DNA of 64,000 nucleotides, from the NCBI GenBank assembly GCA_030550585.1, contig JAUQPB010000003.1, positions 209,691-273,690 of the forward strand, written 5' to 3'. Every line of letters begins with the position of its first letter. The first letter of the stretch is position 1. The notes beneath the pieces were generated by a model, which made no database searches, had not been told where the DNA came from, and worked only from the letters and a program-made list of their open reading frames with translations. Both the position numbers and the translations under genes were made by a program. Shown here piece by piece: positions 8,897 to 19,436 of the stretch. The stretch comes from Thermoproteota archaeon. GTDB lineage: Archaea > Thermoproteota > Thermoprotei_A > Sulfolobales > Ignisphaeraceae.

Positions 8897-10339
8897 GTGA
8901 AAAAACAGATTGATTATATTACTATAACTCTTTTGATTATTATCACGGCTGTTCACATATATCTAACAACAATGCAAGCTCTAAACTTTGAAAGAGAAGA
9001 GCTGCAGAGATTCTATTCGGGTGCAAAGGGTTATGTATCTGATGAAGTTTGGTATGTTGATGCTGCTAGAAATATTTTGAGAAAGGTATTTGGGCTAGAG
9101 CCTAAGCAGATAGGGGGATGTAATGCAACAATAGTGTATCCCACTAAAGACGATGCTTTAAAGGCTGCATCAATTGCGCCGCAGTATGGAGTGTCCGTTG
9201 TTACAACATCTTTTAATAAGATAAACGCTATTTATGTTCATGCAAAAGATGGAGATACCATAAAGAGGTTTGCAGATGCCACTAGTGCAAGTGATGTTGT
9301 TTATGGATGGATACTAGGCGATGCTGAGGGTATAAACAATTATCTTAATCTTGAGCACCCGCCAATGGCAAAATATATAATAGCTATTTTTATGGCTTTG
9401 CTAGGGGATAGACCAATTTACTGGCGAATTCCCTCAATTATAATGGGTTCTCTAACAGTTATAATCTCTTTTCTAATTGTGAAAAAGCTCACAAAATCTA
9501 ATGAACTTGGTCTCATAGTAGCTGCAGCAATAGCTGTTGATCCTATGATGAGAAATCTTGCATCTATTGCATTACTAGATATATATGTGGCTATGTCGAC
9601 AGCGCTAGCAATTCTATTAGCCGTTAATGAAAGATATAAAGAATCCATTATAGCACTGGGCTTTGCATCCACATTCAAATTCACGGCACTTCTAGCCTTT
9701 CTACCAATACTTTTGCTATATATAAACAGTCTTGTTAGAAATGGTGAGAGAAGATTCATAAAAATATTTTCTAGATTCGTGGATCTCTTCATACTGATGC
9801 TATTATCCTTTATCTTCTTCCAATTGGTGGTGTCAATACCAATAATATTCAAGTTTGGATTGAGTACATGGATTAATCAAAGTGTTTTAGGGGCTATCTC
9901 ATGGCACCTTAGAGTTAAATGTGTTGGAAGTGGATGTCCTATTGCATCTACTCCCTGGGAATGGTTCTTCGGACTAAATTCTTTCCCTCTCTACATATAT
10001 CCAACAGGAGTGACAGTATATGCACAAGGATTTGTGCCAGCATATGCTCTAAGCTTCATCTTACTGATACTCACAATAGCTTATAGAGGTTTTGACTCTG
10101 CAAGCAAAAAACCTTGGCTTATACTAACTGGATTTGTTCTAGCATATGTAATGCTTTGGCTTGCTGGATCTAGATCACAGTATAGCTTCTATGCTGTTCA
10201 AATAACACCGTATATCTACATCTACCTTCTCACACAGTTGTATGAGTATGTATGGAGAGATGCTATAGCCAAAACCTTCGAAGCATGGAAAAAGGTCTTT
10301 GAGAATACATGGCACATAATCTTGGTTTTGCTAGGTTGA
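8897..10339 (+). CDS. GT-C fold glycosyltransferase (PMT/GT39-like)
   Basis: SDEVWY, EHPP, WRIPSI and many TM helices. Confidence 0.8.
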   Translation: MKKQIDYITITLLIIITAVHIYLTTMQALNFEREELQRFYSGAKGYVSDEVWYVDAARNILRKVFGLEPKQIGGCNATIVYPTKDDALKAASIAPQYGVSVVTTSFNKINAIYVHAKDGDTIKRFADATSASDVVYGWILGDAEGINNYLNLEHPPMAKYIIAIFMALLGDRPIYWRIPSIIMGSLTVIISFLIVKKLTKSNELGLIVAAAIAVDPMMRNLASIALLDIYVAMSTALAILLAVNERYKESIIALGFASTFKFTALLAFLPILLLYINSLVRNGERRFIKIFSRFVDLFILMLLSFIFFQLVVSIPIIFKFGLSTWINQSVLGAISWHLRVKCVGSGCPIASTPWEWFFGLNSFPLYIYPTGVTVYAQGFVPAYALSFILLILTIAYRGFDSASKKPWLILTGFVLAYVMLWLAGSRSQYSFYAVQITPYIYIYLLTQLYEYVWRDAIAKTFEAWKKVFENTWHIILVLLG

Positions 10340-10343
10340 GAAA

Positions 10344-11177
10344 ATGGTTATAGAAAAAGATCTTGGGAAAATGCTTAGCGAGCTATCCAAAACCCTTTCA
10401 AATCTAGGTCTCGATATGAATGATCTGAAAAGCTCTGTCCACGGGCTTGAAAAAAGCCAGCAGTTCCTCATATCAATAAAATCGCTAAAAATCTTAGAGA
10501 AAATCTTTACAGGATTAACTGATCTTAAAGGGCTCTTAGAAAAAAGCGAGCTGAAAGACTTTTTGACCCAGGCAATCCCCATCATCAAAAGTATTTCAAA
10601 TAGTGTAAAAGATCTGAGCATCGAATTCAATGCCTCTACGGCTAGATTAATCCCACTTCTTACAATAGCCATACTCACTTCAATGATATCCAGCGTCACA
10701 ACATTAGCAATCTTATATCAATTTCAAATATTAGGTACACCGAGTTTCCTAGTCCTTACATTAATGGTATTGTTCGTGACAGTAATTGCACTACTTTCGC
10801 TATACCTCAAATTATTATTGGTGCTTACTTTAGCGCCTCTGGCTGCCCTTCCATCGCTAGTTGCATCCACAATAGGCCTAATTTTACATCGATCTATGAG
10901 CCCCGTAATTATTATTCTAATTGTGTTTAACATAATTCTATTAGTTGCATTGCTCAGATTCTTGATTCTACAGGCAAATGCATATAAGATTGCCATTAGC
11001 ATTGTAGCGTCTATTTATCGTGTGATAGATGAGCTAAAGACAATTGCTGAAAACAAGTTGAGAACAGCCCCAGCTAGTCAGCTCGCCACACCAAATGAAG
11101 TTCTGTTCACTAAGGTTTATGGTAATGAAGCTAGTGAGCTTATTAAGTACGCTACAGATGTTAACAAAGTAAAGTAG
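10344..11177 (+). CDS. Membrane protein with N-terminal coiled coil, unknown function
   Basis: Heptad-like N-terminus followed by about 4 TM segments; 4 nt after the upstream gene. Confidence 0.7.
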   Translation: MVIEKDLGKMLSELSKTLSNLGLDMNDLKSSVHGLEKSQQFLISIKSLKILEKIFTGLTDLKGLLEKSELKDFLTQAIPIIKSISNSVKDLSIEFNASTARLIPLLTIAILTSMISSVTTLAILYQFQILGTPSFLVLTLMVLFVTVIALLSLYLKLLLVLTLAPLAALPSLVASTIGLILHRSMSPVIIILIVFNIILLVALLRFLILQANAYKIAISIVASIYRVIDELKTIAENKLRTAPASQLATPNEVLFTKVYGNEASELIKYATDVNKVK

Positions 11178-11196
11178 TTTGCTTGGTGTTTTTAAA

Positions 11197-11670
11197 ATGC
11201 CTGAGAAACAAGTGCAACAACAAAAAACTAAGGAACTTAAAACATTTTCAACACAAGTCGTCACACTAGATACAATAAAAAACGATAAGAGAAAAATGAC
11301 ATTGCTACACATAATTAAGGTGCTAAATGCTGTAAGTGAAAAAGGGTTATCTTACCTAGTAACTGTGCTTCACGACGAGAAGAAAGTTGACCTAGGTTAC
11401 ACAATTGTTAGGTTGGGTAACAGAGTCATAGTGAAAGACTTGCTTGAGGATATAAAAGCCCTACTATATGTAGGTCTCATTGAATCTGATCCAAAAACTA
11501 AAAAACTTCAGCTAACTAGTAGAGGAAAGGAGTTTTTGGAATCCTTACAAATTGCAGATACAAAATTGTCTGAGGTGCTCAGCTCAGTAGAAGAATTGAA
11601 GAGTAGGGTAATTGCGGTAGACGAGGAGGTTGCGGCGGCAACGCAATTAGCAAAACAATCTAGGAAATGA
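11197..11670 (+). CDS. Conserved crenarchaeal winged-helix-like protein
   Basis: LLYVGLIE...LQLTSRGKEFL wing pattern; ATG at 11197. Confidence 0.7.
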   Translation: MPEKQVQQQKTKELKTFSTQVVTLDTIKNDKRKMTLLHIIKVLNAVSEKGLSYLVTVLHDEKKVDLGYTIVRLGNRVIVKDLLEDIKALLYVGLIESDPKTKKLQLTSRGKEFLESLQIADTKLSEVLSSVEELKSRVIAVDEEVAAATQLAKQSRK

Positions 11671-11765
11671 CTGTGAAGCAAATGAAATAATAAAAAGTGC
11701 CAAAAGGTATGCGAAAATAATGTCAAAAACGCGTTTAGGTATTTTAGATAGTGAGTTGCTTGTCT

Positions 11766-12191
11766 TTAAATTGATAGTGATATGCCTTCGCGTTCTCCTC
11801 TTCTTCTTCTACCACTATCACTAAATAACTCTAGTAGAAGGGGGTTTAGCTTACCCTCTTTCTCTAACTTAGATATGTAGTCTCTAAACTCTGATGTGTG
11901 CTTAATGTCTAAATCTATTAATTGCTGTAGTATATTGTAAACAGTGGTCCATACAAATTCGAGCTCTTCTTTAGGCATGTTACTAATTATGAATGGATCT
12001 TGTAGCCAGTTGTCAAAGGCTTTTAGCGTTCTGATCATGTGTTGAAAAGCCATTCTGGTGTAGAGTATTAGTTCGAGTCTGTCGCCTTTCTTGGCATTCT
12101 CATTAACATTGCCAAACCATTCCTTAACCTTTTTCTGCATTTCAATCCATTGTGTTAAGCTATCATACATTGAAGACATCTCATGTTGCAC
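11766..12191 (-). CDS. DUF2153-like conserved crenarchaeal protein
   Basis: DRLELI...AFQHMIRTLKAFDNWLQDP...DIKHTS. Confidence 0.8.
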   Translation of the reverse strand: MQHEMSSMYDSLTQWIEMQKKVKEWFGNVNENAKKGDRLELILYTRMAFQHMIRTLKAFDNWLQDPFIISNMPKEELEFVWTTVYNILQQLIDLDIKHTSEFRDYISKLEKEGKLNPLLLELFSDSGRRRRGEREGISLSI

Positions 12192-12239
12192 CTTATAACA
12201 TTATTCATTTTCCTGTGTTTTACATTAGCATAAGTTGTG

Positions 12240-12653
12240 TTATTTGCTTAATAAATTATATGGTTTCCCATGTAACTTAATCTCGTCTGGTATTTTATCT
12301 CTATACATGTTGAGAAATGCTGTGTCCTCCTCTTTTTTCCTGTAATTATCTGGCAACAGCCTAGGAATCTCATCTAATATGGGATACCATCTACCGCAGT
12401 TTTCACAATATAAAATACCTGTCTTCACCTCAATCTTTATGCATTCATCGCATGGCACTTCCTCACCCTTCTCGCTAAGATCCTTAATATAAGTGTTTTT
12501 GAATGAGCAATACAAATCGCAAAGAGGTTTTTGAATATTCTGCGGAATCCTTCTATGATCATATATCACAGTTTCTATTACAAATAACCTTAGAGGAAAA
12601 CCCTTGTCTTTGCAGTAAGGACATGCCAAGTAATTTAGGAGTCTATACTTCAT
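12240..12653 (-). CDS. Trm112 family methyltransferase activator
   Basis: MKYRLLNYLACPYC and GILYCENCGRWYPILDEIPRLLP. Confidence 0.85.
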   Translation of the reverse strand: MKYRLLNYLACPYCKDKGFPLRLFVIETVIYDHRRIPQNIQKPLCDLYCSFKNTYIKDLSEKGEEVPCDECIKIEVKTGILYCENCGRWYPILDEIPRLLPDNYRKKEEDTAFLNMYRDKIPDEIKLHGKPYNLLSK

Positions 12654-14038
12654 CTTCCTAACCTTTTCCTGATTTCCTCTATTTTGTCTAGCAGTTCAGA
12701 TAATATCCTCTTCGATACTGCTTCATCCCACGATTCCACAGTTATCCTCATCAATGGCTCAGTACCGCTTGGTCTAACAAGAAATGCTGCATTATCCATG
12801 ACAACCTTTATCCCATCTATATCAATTATTTTATACGAGCTATAATATTTCTTTAGAGCCTCTACAATAGCAAGTCCCTCTTCCCTATTGTTAATCGGTA
12901 TTTTCGTTCTTAATATAGCTGGTTTTTGAATGGAGTCTACAATATAGGAGAGTTTGAAGTCTCTTTCCACAAGCATGTCAGCCATCAAGGCAGCTGAAGC
13001 CGTTCCATCTCTAACTAGTTGGTGAGGAACATAAGCAAATCCTCCATTGTCCTCAAATCCGGAAAGGGCTCCTCCGAGTTCAACAATTTTTCTTGCTATA
13101 TTCAAGAACCCAACTCTTGTCCATACAACCTCTATGCCATTTTTGATCAGATACTTGTCTGATAGAATATGACTTGTAGATATAGCTGTAACAACCCTTC
13201 TTGGCAGACCAGGATTCTTCTCAGATACATAGTTAGTTAATATTATTGCAGATATTGTCCCGTCTACAAACCTACCTTGATCATCAACAAAAATGGCTCT
13301 GTCACCATCTCCATCATGTGCTACGCCAAAATCAGCGTTAACAGCTTTAACAACCTGCATTAGGTCTGCTAAGGTTTCAGCTGTTGGCTCATATGGTCTA
13401 TAGGGCAAGCCTATGTCTGCATTTATTGTTAGAACCTTTAAACCAAGTTCTTTTAGTACTCTGGGTGTCGTTAAAGCCGAGACACTATTAGCACAGTCTA
13501 CAACAACTCTCATCTCTTTTCTTTTAAATTTATTGCCATCAAAATGTTTCTTAACGCCATTTACATAATAATCTATTGCTGAATCGAATCTCTCAACAGG
13601 TTTTAGATCATGCCAAGACACTCTCCTAAATTTTGTTTCAAATAATATCGATTCTATTTCAGCATCAACCTCAGGTGGGGCCTCTATACCGTCACTCAAA
13701 ACAACCTTTATTCCCACCCACTCAGGAGGGTTGTGACTTGCTGTGACAACAACACCGTAATCAAAACCGCATTCTTTAACACAGTATTGTAAGGCTGGCG
13801 TGGGTATGAAGCCAGCATCATAAACCTTTGTACCTGCTGAGACCAACCCTGCTACGACCAGATTGTAAACTAGGTTGTTGCCTATTCTCGCATCCTTACC
13901 TACTAAGGCTCTAGATCCTGTGGGAAAGTAGCTTGCAATGGCCATAGCTAATCTCAAGGGAAATGATGCATCCTCTTTATCTACAACCCACCTAACACCA
14001 TCAGTTCCAAACAGTTTTCTTTCAACTGTTTTCTGCAT
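12650..14038 (-). CDS. Phosphomannomutase/phosphoglucomutase family
   Basis: LFGTDGVR, TASHNP, DGDGDR and RPSGTEP. Confidence 0.92.
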   Translation of the reverse strand: MQKTVERKLFGTDGVRWVVDKEDASFPLRLAMAIASYFPTGSRALVGKDARIGNNLVYNLVVAGLVSAGTKVYDAGFIPTPALQYCVKECGFDYGVVVTASHNPPEWVGIKVVLSDGIEAPPEVDAEIESILFETKFRRVSWHDLKPVERFDSAIDYYVNGVKKHFDGNKFKRKEMRVVVDCANSVSALTTPRVLKELGLKVLTINADIGLPYRPYEPTAETLADLMQVVKAVNADFGVAHDGDGDRAIFVDDQGRFVDGTISAIILTNYVSEKNPGLPRRVVTAISTSHILSDKYLIKNGIEVVWTRVGFLNIARKIVELGGALSGFEDNGGFAYVPHQLVRDGTASAALMADMLVERDFKLSYIVDSIQKPAILRTKIPINNREEGLAIVEALKKYYSSYKIIDIDGIKVVMDNAAFLVRPSGTEPLMRITVESWDEAVSKRILSELLDKIEEIRKRLGR

Positions 14039-14136
14039 TAGCTTCACCCAGTTAGTGCTTGTTCTTCTTCTGTGAAGAGCAATCACCTTATAAATTTGTT
14101 TAAAAGTTTATCTATACGATAATGTGGTAGAAAAAA

Positions 14137-15210
14137 TTGATGACAATATGGCTAGATGTTTTAACGCCAAAGCAGGCAAAGCTTTTTGGCCATATCTATC
14201 TAAGCCTAAGAGAAAATGGCTACAAGGTTATTCTAACTGCAAGGAACTATGAATATACACTCTCTGTCTTAAGGAGCATTGGCGTAGAATACAAAGCTGT
14301 TGGACAATATGTTGAGGGTTTAAAAGAAAAGGTCGTTGAAGAGGCGAAAAGGATGCTGTCTCTTCTTGAGATTTTAGAGAATTTCGATGTTTTGATAGCC
14401 TTTCCCAACCCAGTTGCATCTAGAATAGCCTTTGGCTTAGGAAAACCATACATAGCATTTACTGACAGCCCTCATAGCAAGGCTCCATCAAGACTTTCCC
14501 TACCTCTTTCAACTGCCGTCATATTTTCTTCGTGTATTCCTAGAGAAGAGATTGAAAAATATATATACAGAGAAGGAACTATCATTAGACAATTCCACGG
14601 CGTAGATGAGGTAGAGTGGCTAAAAGAATTCAATCCAGACCCTCACTACATAAGTAAATGGGGTTTAGAACCATACGAATATGTTGTGATTAGACCGCCA
14701 GAGACAAAGGCCTCATATTACACAATGCAGGGACATAACATTGTTGCACTACTTGAAAAGATTATCGCAGAATCCATAGCAAAAGGATACAAGGTTTTTT
14801 ACATACCAAGATATAAAGACGATCCTCTAATGCATAAACATGAAGGGAATCCAAATGTCATTATACCAAGTAATACTGAAGATGTAGACGCTTCGAAGAT
14901 CAGCTACTATGCAAAACTTGTTATTACCGGTGGGGGAACTATGGCAAGAGAAGCAGCACTACTTGGAACACCAGGACTGTGCCTATTTCCAACTAGGCTT
15001 TATGTAAATGAGTGTGTATCTGAATGGGGATTTCCACTATTCCATGTACCAGAAGTGCAAAAAGCATATGAAACATTTAGACATTTAATAGATACGCCGG
15101 CCAACCAATTAGAGCAGTATAAAGTGCTCGCAAAAGAGAGAATCCGCCTTCTCGAAACACCATCACAAGCACTCAAAAACGTCTTAAAAGAGATAGAAAA
15201 GGGGATTTAA
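14137..15210 (+). CDS. DUF354 family GT-B fold protein
   Basis: IWLDVLTPKQ, AFGLGKP and GGTMAREAALLGTP. Confidence 0.85.
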   Translation: MMTIWLDVLTPKQAKLFGHIYLSLRENGYKVILTARNYEYTLSVLRSIGVEYKAVGQYVEGLKEKVVEEAKRMLSLLEILENFDVLIAFPNPVASRIAFGLGKPYIAFTDSPHSKAPSRLSLPLSTAVIFSSCIPREEIEKYIYREGTIIRQFHGVDEVEWLKEFNPDPHYISKWGLEPYEYVVIRPPETKASYYTMQGHNIVALLEKIIAESIAKGYKVFYIPRYKDDPLMHKHEGNPNVIIPSNTEDVDASKISYYAKLVITGGGTMAREAALLGTPGLCLFPTRLYVNECVSEWGFPLFHVPEVQKAYETFRHLIDTPANQLEQYKVLAKERIRLLETPSQALKNVLKEIEKGI

Positions 15211-15435
15211 ACCCCATACTCCATGTAATTTTTATGATGCCACAATATTTTCTTATATTTGTCCTCACCAGACTGCCATAATTTCAGGATGGTTTAAAAT
15301 ATTCATCTCCAATAAGAGCCCAAGCTATTGTTTGATACAATCCGGAAATATATTTTGTTTTTAATATTTTAAACCCTAATCCAAGATTTTGATTCTAGGA
15401 TGCTAGTATGTCAGAAGCTGTGTTGAGGTAGTAAT

Positions 15436-16119
15436 ATGCGCACAAAGATTTTAGCTGGCATTGATGAAGCTGGAAGAGGGCCAGTTATAGGCGATATGTT
15501 CATAGCCTTGGTCGCTGTAGAAAGTAGATATCTACCAGTGCTACAAGTAGCTGGGGTAAAAGACAGTAAAAAGCTGTCTAAAGCGAAAAGAGAGCAGTTG
15601 CTTCCCATAATATTTTCCCTTTCATCTCTGGTTATTGTAAGCAGAATTCAACCTAATCAAATAGATGAATACAATATCAACGTCTTAGAGATGAACACTA
15701 TTTTAGACTTGGTTAGAAGGGCCCGAAGGTTGGTAAACCTAGAGGAGGTTTATATAGATGCTTTCACAGATCCAGGTAAAATCGTAGAAAAGGTGAGATT
15801 GGTAGACAACGACTTAAAGATTTTCGCAGAATTTAAAGCAGATTCCAAGTATGTGGTTGTTGGGGCAGCAAGCATAGTAGCAAAGGTTCTACGTGACAAG
15901 CATATAGATGGTCTCAAAGCTATCTACGGCGATTTTGGTAGTGGCTACCCGAGTGATGGGAAAACGATAGAATGGTTGAAAAACTATTATAGACTTCATA
16001 AAGAGATTCCCCCAATTGTTAGAAGATCTTGGGCCACAGTAAAAAAGTTGCTATACGAAGAGGTTGGAAGAAGCAAAACACTATTCGACTACACTTACAA
16101 CAGAGAAGCGTCTAAATAG
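15436..16119 (+). CDS. rnhB: Ribonuclease HII
   Basis: GIDEAGRGPVIG, DSKKL, AASIVAKV and GSGYPSD. Confidence 0.96.
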   Translation: MRTKILAGIDEAGRGPVIGDMFIALVAVESRYLPVLQVAGVKDSKKLSKAKREQLLPIIFSLSSLVIVSRIQPNQIDEYNINVLEMNTILDLVRRARRLVNLEEVYIDAFTDPGKIVEKVRLVDNDLKIFAEFKADSKYVVVGAASIVAKVLRDKHIDGLKAIYGDFGSGYPSDGKTIEWLKNYYRLHKEIPPIVRRSWATVKKLLYEEVGRSKTLFDYTYNREASK

Positions 16120-16171
16120 CTTATAATCAAGAATAGGCAACACAGATTTTGCATAAAAAGAGGAAGAGCTA

Positions 16172-16738
16172 ATGCCAAGTTATCCAAGGTTTGTAGTAGA
16201 TTCAATGCTTGGTCATGTGGCTAGATGGCTAAGGCTTTTAGGCTATGATACACTATACTATAGGAAAATAGATGATTGGAAACTTCTGAGAATAGCAAAG
16301 AACGAGGATAGAATACTTTTGACTAGGGATCAGGGGCTCTACAATAGGGCAAAAAAGCTGCGTATAAGAGCCTTTTTTGTTGAGGATCCTGACATAAGTT
16401 CTGTTTTAGCCGAGCTTTCTACTAGGTTTAACATACAGCTAGAGTTTAATAAGAATGATACGAGGTGCCCAAACTGTAACACTCCTCTTCGCTACACAAC
16501 GTCAGTTGCTGAAGTTGCGCACAAGGTCTCCAAAAACATCGCGTTGAAGTATAGGGAATTTTGGATATGCCCTTCATGCAAAAAGGTCTACTGGCAGGGC
16601 ACCCACTGGAAGACGATAAATGATATTCTAGAAAATTCTAAGATTAAAAAAGCTAGTAGGCTAGGAAACATAGCTATTAATATGAGGAGAGTTGGTGTAG
16701 AAGATAGTGGTATAGGTGCTGGAAATGAGTCAAGATGA
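16172..16738 (+). CDS. Mut7-C RNase domain protein (PIN-like plus Zn ribbon)
   Basis: FVVDSMLGHVARWLRLLGYDT, LLTRD, RCPNCN and CPSCKKVYWQGTHW. Confidence 0.88.
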   Translation: MPSYPRFVVDSMLGHVARWLRLLGYDTLYYRKIDDWKLLRIAKNEDRILLTRDQGLYNRAKKLRIRAFFVEDPDISSVLAELSTRFNIQLEFNKNDTRCPNCNTPLRYTTSVAEVAHKVSKNIALKYREFWICPSCKKVYWQGTHWKTINDILENSKIKKASRLGNIAINMRRVGVEDSGIGAGNESR

Positions 16739-17378
16739 CATCATTTTACCTAGCGAATTGACGCTTGAGGATGGAGTTTACCTAGTGAAATTGGCTAGAA
16801 GAGCCATAGAGGAATATATAAAGAAAGGTATTAAGTTGGAGCCCGATAGAGATGCAAATAAAAAGTTTTTAAAACGTGGAATGAGCTTTGTAACCATAGA
16901 AAGAATTGTTGGCTCCAATGAGAAAGAGCTTAGGGGTTGCATAGGATTTCTACAGCCAATCTCATCGTTGGCGAGAGTAGTAATAGAATCGGCAATCGCT
17001 GCTGCTACCGAAGACCCGAGATTCCCGCCGCTGAGAGAAGAGGAGCTAAATGAAATTGTTATAGAGGTTTCTATACTATCGCCTCCAAAACCTGTGAAAA
17101 ACCCACTAAATGAAATTGTAATTGGTAGGCATGGAATAATAGTTTCGAGGGGGTGGAACTCCGGAACACTTCTACCGCAAGTTCCAATAGACTACTGTTG
17201 GGATGTAGAAACATTTCTTGCAGAAGGGTGTTTGAAGGCTGGGCTAGAGCCAGACTGTTGGTATGATCCTAAGACCAAGATATTTGTTTACGAAAGCAAG
17301 GTATTCTACGAAGAGAAGCCGTATGGCAATGTGAAAGAGCGCGATCTTAACATGGAGTATGCTACAAAATGTCAATAA
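16716..17378 (+). CDS. AMMECR1 domain protein
   Basis: LRGCIG, AATEDPRF, GTLLPQV and CLKAGL. Confidence 0.92.
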   Translation: MLEMSQDDIILPSELTLEDGVYLVKLARRAIEEYIKKGIKLEPDRDANKKFLKRGMSFVTIERIVGSNEKELRGCIGFLQPISSLARVVIESAIAAATEDPRFPPLREEELNEIVIEVSILSPPKPVKNPLNEIVIGRHGIIVSRGWNSGTLLPQVPIDYCWDVETFLAEGCLKAGLEPDCWYDPKTKIFVYESKVFYEEKPYGNVKERDLNMEYATKCQ

Positions 17379-17469
17379 GGATTTGGAGTCAAATCCAATA
17401 CTACTTTTAAATTTTATATACGATATTTAGGGTATTGATGCGACAAAACCTTGTCTAGGTGTATATTTT

Positions 17470-18000
17470 GTGATACTATCAGATTTTGATTTAATCAATT
17501 ATATAAAAAGCGGAAGACTTGTAATAGAGCCTTTTTCAGATGAGATAGTTAGAGAGAATGGTCTAGACCTTAGAATTGGAGACGAAGTATGTATTTTAAA
17601 CGAGGTAAACACAGTTTTAGACCCATACGACGCCAATGTCGATATAAACACCTTTTATAACTGCTTTAAAATAGATGAAATTGTCTTCGAACCGAGGAAA
17701 ATCTATTTAGCTACAACAGTTGAGTATATAAAGGTCCCTCCAGAGCTCATGGCCTTTGTAGAGCTCAGATCAACATTTGCAAGAATGGGTTTATCGATAC
17801 CTCCAACAATAATCGATGGCGGATTCGAAGGTCAAATAACAATAGAGATTCATACATCAACTTTTCCAATAAAAATCAGAAAGAACACTAGGTTTCTCCA
17901 CATAGTGTTCTCAAAAGTTTCTACACCTATTCAGAAACCATATACTGGTAGATACCAGGGGCAAAGAGGTGTTAGGCCACCGAAACTTCCAATCCAATGA
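17470..18000 (+). CDS. dcd: dCTP deaminase
   Basis: MILSD, DLRIG, RSTFARMGL, IDGGFEGQITIE and YTGRYQGQRG. Confidence 0.92.
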   Translation: MILSDFDLINYIKSGRLVIEPFSDEIVRENGLDLRIGDEVCILNEVNTVLDPYDANVDINTFYNCFKIDEIVFEPRKIYLATTVEYIKVPPELMAFVELRSTFARMGLSIPPTIIDGGFEGQITIEIHTSTFPIKIRKNTRFLHIVFSKVSTPIQKPYTGRYQGQRGVRPPKLPIQ

Positions 18001-18137
18001 AAAATAGAATCGAGTGATTTTAATTCAAGTTCTACTCTATTTCCTATGGTTTAGCTATGTTCTGAAGTTGTATGGCTATGGATGATTAAACATAATATCC
18101 TAGTTAAGCCAGATTTTTTAACGAGGAGTGCTAGCTG

Positions 18138-18491
18138 GTGATCGAAATGTATTTCTGTCCGAAATGTGGTGCTGTTATGATTGTAAAAAATGTAGAGGGC
18201 ATTTCAACGCTTATCTGTGTCAAATGTGGTTATAAAAAGGTTTTGGAAGGAAGCCTTTCTTTGGGCATGAAAAAGACCACTGTATTTACAAAATATGTTG
18301 AGAGAAGAGAGGGGGTAATGTTCGATATCCCGCCTATGGCAATATTTGACGAGTCTATTTCATGTCCCCACTGCGGTAAGAGGGGTGTTTATTACTGGAG
18401 AAAACAAGTTTCTTCTGCTGAGAGCTCTGACTCTATAATTAAAACCTTTAAATGCTCGAACTGTGGCTATACATGGATTGAGACCGAATAG
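18138..18491 (+). CDS. TFS/RpoM-like double zinc-ribbon protein (non-canonical paralog)
   Basis: FCPKCG...CVKCGY and CPHCG...CSNCGYTW; lacks the RSADEP hairpin. Confidence 0.8.
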   Translation: MIEMYFCPKCGAVMIVKNVEGISTLICVKCGYKKVLEGSLSLGMKKTTVFTKYVERREGVMFDIPPMAIFDESISCPHCGKRGVYYWRKQVSSAESSDSIIKTFKCSNCGYTWIETE

Positions 18492-18515
18492 TTAGAAACG
18501 ACTTTGCTAAGAGAC

Positions 18516-19436
18516 CTAGGCTTTTGCTATTATAGCCTCAATTACTCTAAGATTTTCCACAGCATCATATAGGCTCGGTCTGTAATCAGCTGGTTTTTGC
18601 TTTACGGTATTTATGAACCACTCTAATTCTCTTTTTAGCGGTTCGCGATACTCTACATGAATTATCCTTTCTTTTTCACCTGTATTTAACGAGCTTTGAT
18701 AAAGAATTTGATTCTTAGTGGTGTCAGCCCTTATGAAATACCTTTCTGTTGCAATATCAATTTCACGAACTTTGTGAGGAGAAACACCGTCTACATGTAT
18801 AATGCAATGGATATTGCTTACAGTTTTTAAAAATGCAAATAAAATCTCATCATATGTCAACCTGATTCTTTGCACCTTGATAACCTCACTTATTTCACTA
18901 TCTGTCAGATACCTACATAGATCTATATCATGTACACCAAGATCCAATAATATGGGATAAGCAAGCATATGGGAAGGTCTTCTAGACAGTCTTTTAAATA
19001 TGATATAAAATATGTCTTCATTTTTCAAGAGCTCCTTAAGCTTATTTATGGTGCTGTCAAAGCGCATTATCATGCCAGGAGCCGCTATAACGTTATTCGA
19101 TTGGGCTATTCTCCAGAGTTTTATAGCGTCATTTACATTTGTTGCAACAGGCTTCTCTATGAGTGCATGCACACCCTCAGTTAAAGCATCTTCTGCAACC
19201 TTGGATAGAGAGTCTATAGATGTTGAAATAACTACAGCATCTACATATTGAAGAATCTCCCTATGATCGGTTTTCGCCATCGGTATTTTGAATTCGTCTC
19301 TAATACTTGATAATACATCGTCTCTAACATCACACACAGCCTCCAGCCTCACCTTACCCTCTGCTTCCAATTCTTTCAGCACCCTTACATGGTTTCTACC
19401 CCATCTACCAACACCTATTACACCAATTCTTAGCAT
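18516..19436 (-). CDS. Gfo/Idh/MocA family oxidoreductase
   Basis: GVGRWG, EKP and DLGVHDID. Confidence 0.9.
   Translation of the reverse strand: MLRIGVIGVGRWGRNHVRVLKELEAEGKVRLEAVCDVRDDVLSSIRDEFKIPMAKTDHREILQYVDAVVISTSIDSLSKVAEDALTEGVHALIEKPVATNVNDAIKLWRIAQSNNVIAAPGMIMRFDSTINKLKELLKNEDIFYIIFKRLSRRPSHMLAYPILLDLGVHDIDLCRYLTDSEISEVIKVQRIRLTYDEILFAFLKTVSNIHCIIHVDGVSPHKVREIDIATERYFIRADTTKNQILYQSSLNTGEKERIIHVEYREPLKRELEWFINTVKQKPADYRPSLYDAVENLRVIEAIIAKA

Noticed and set aside
17379-17396. 7-bp hairpin GGATTTG-gagt-CAAATCC after the AMMECR1 stop
   Set aside because: Too short to be significant, and archaeal termination does not require hairpins
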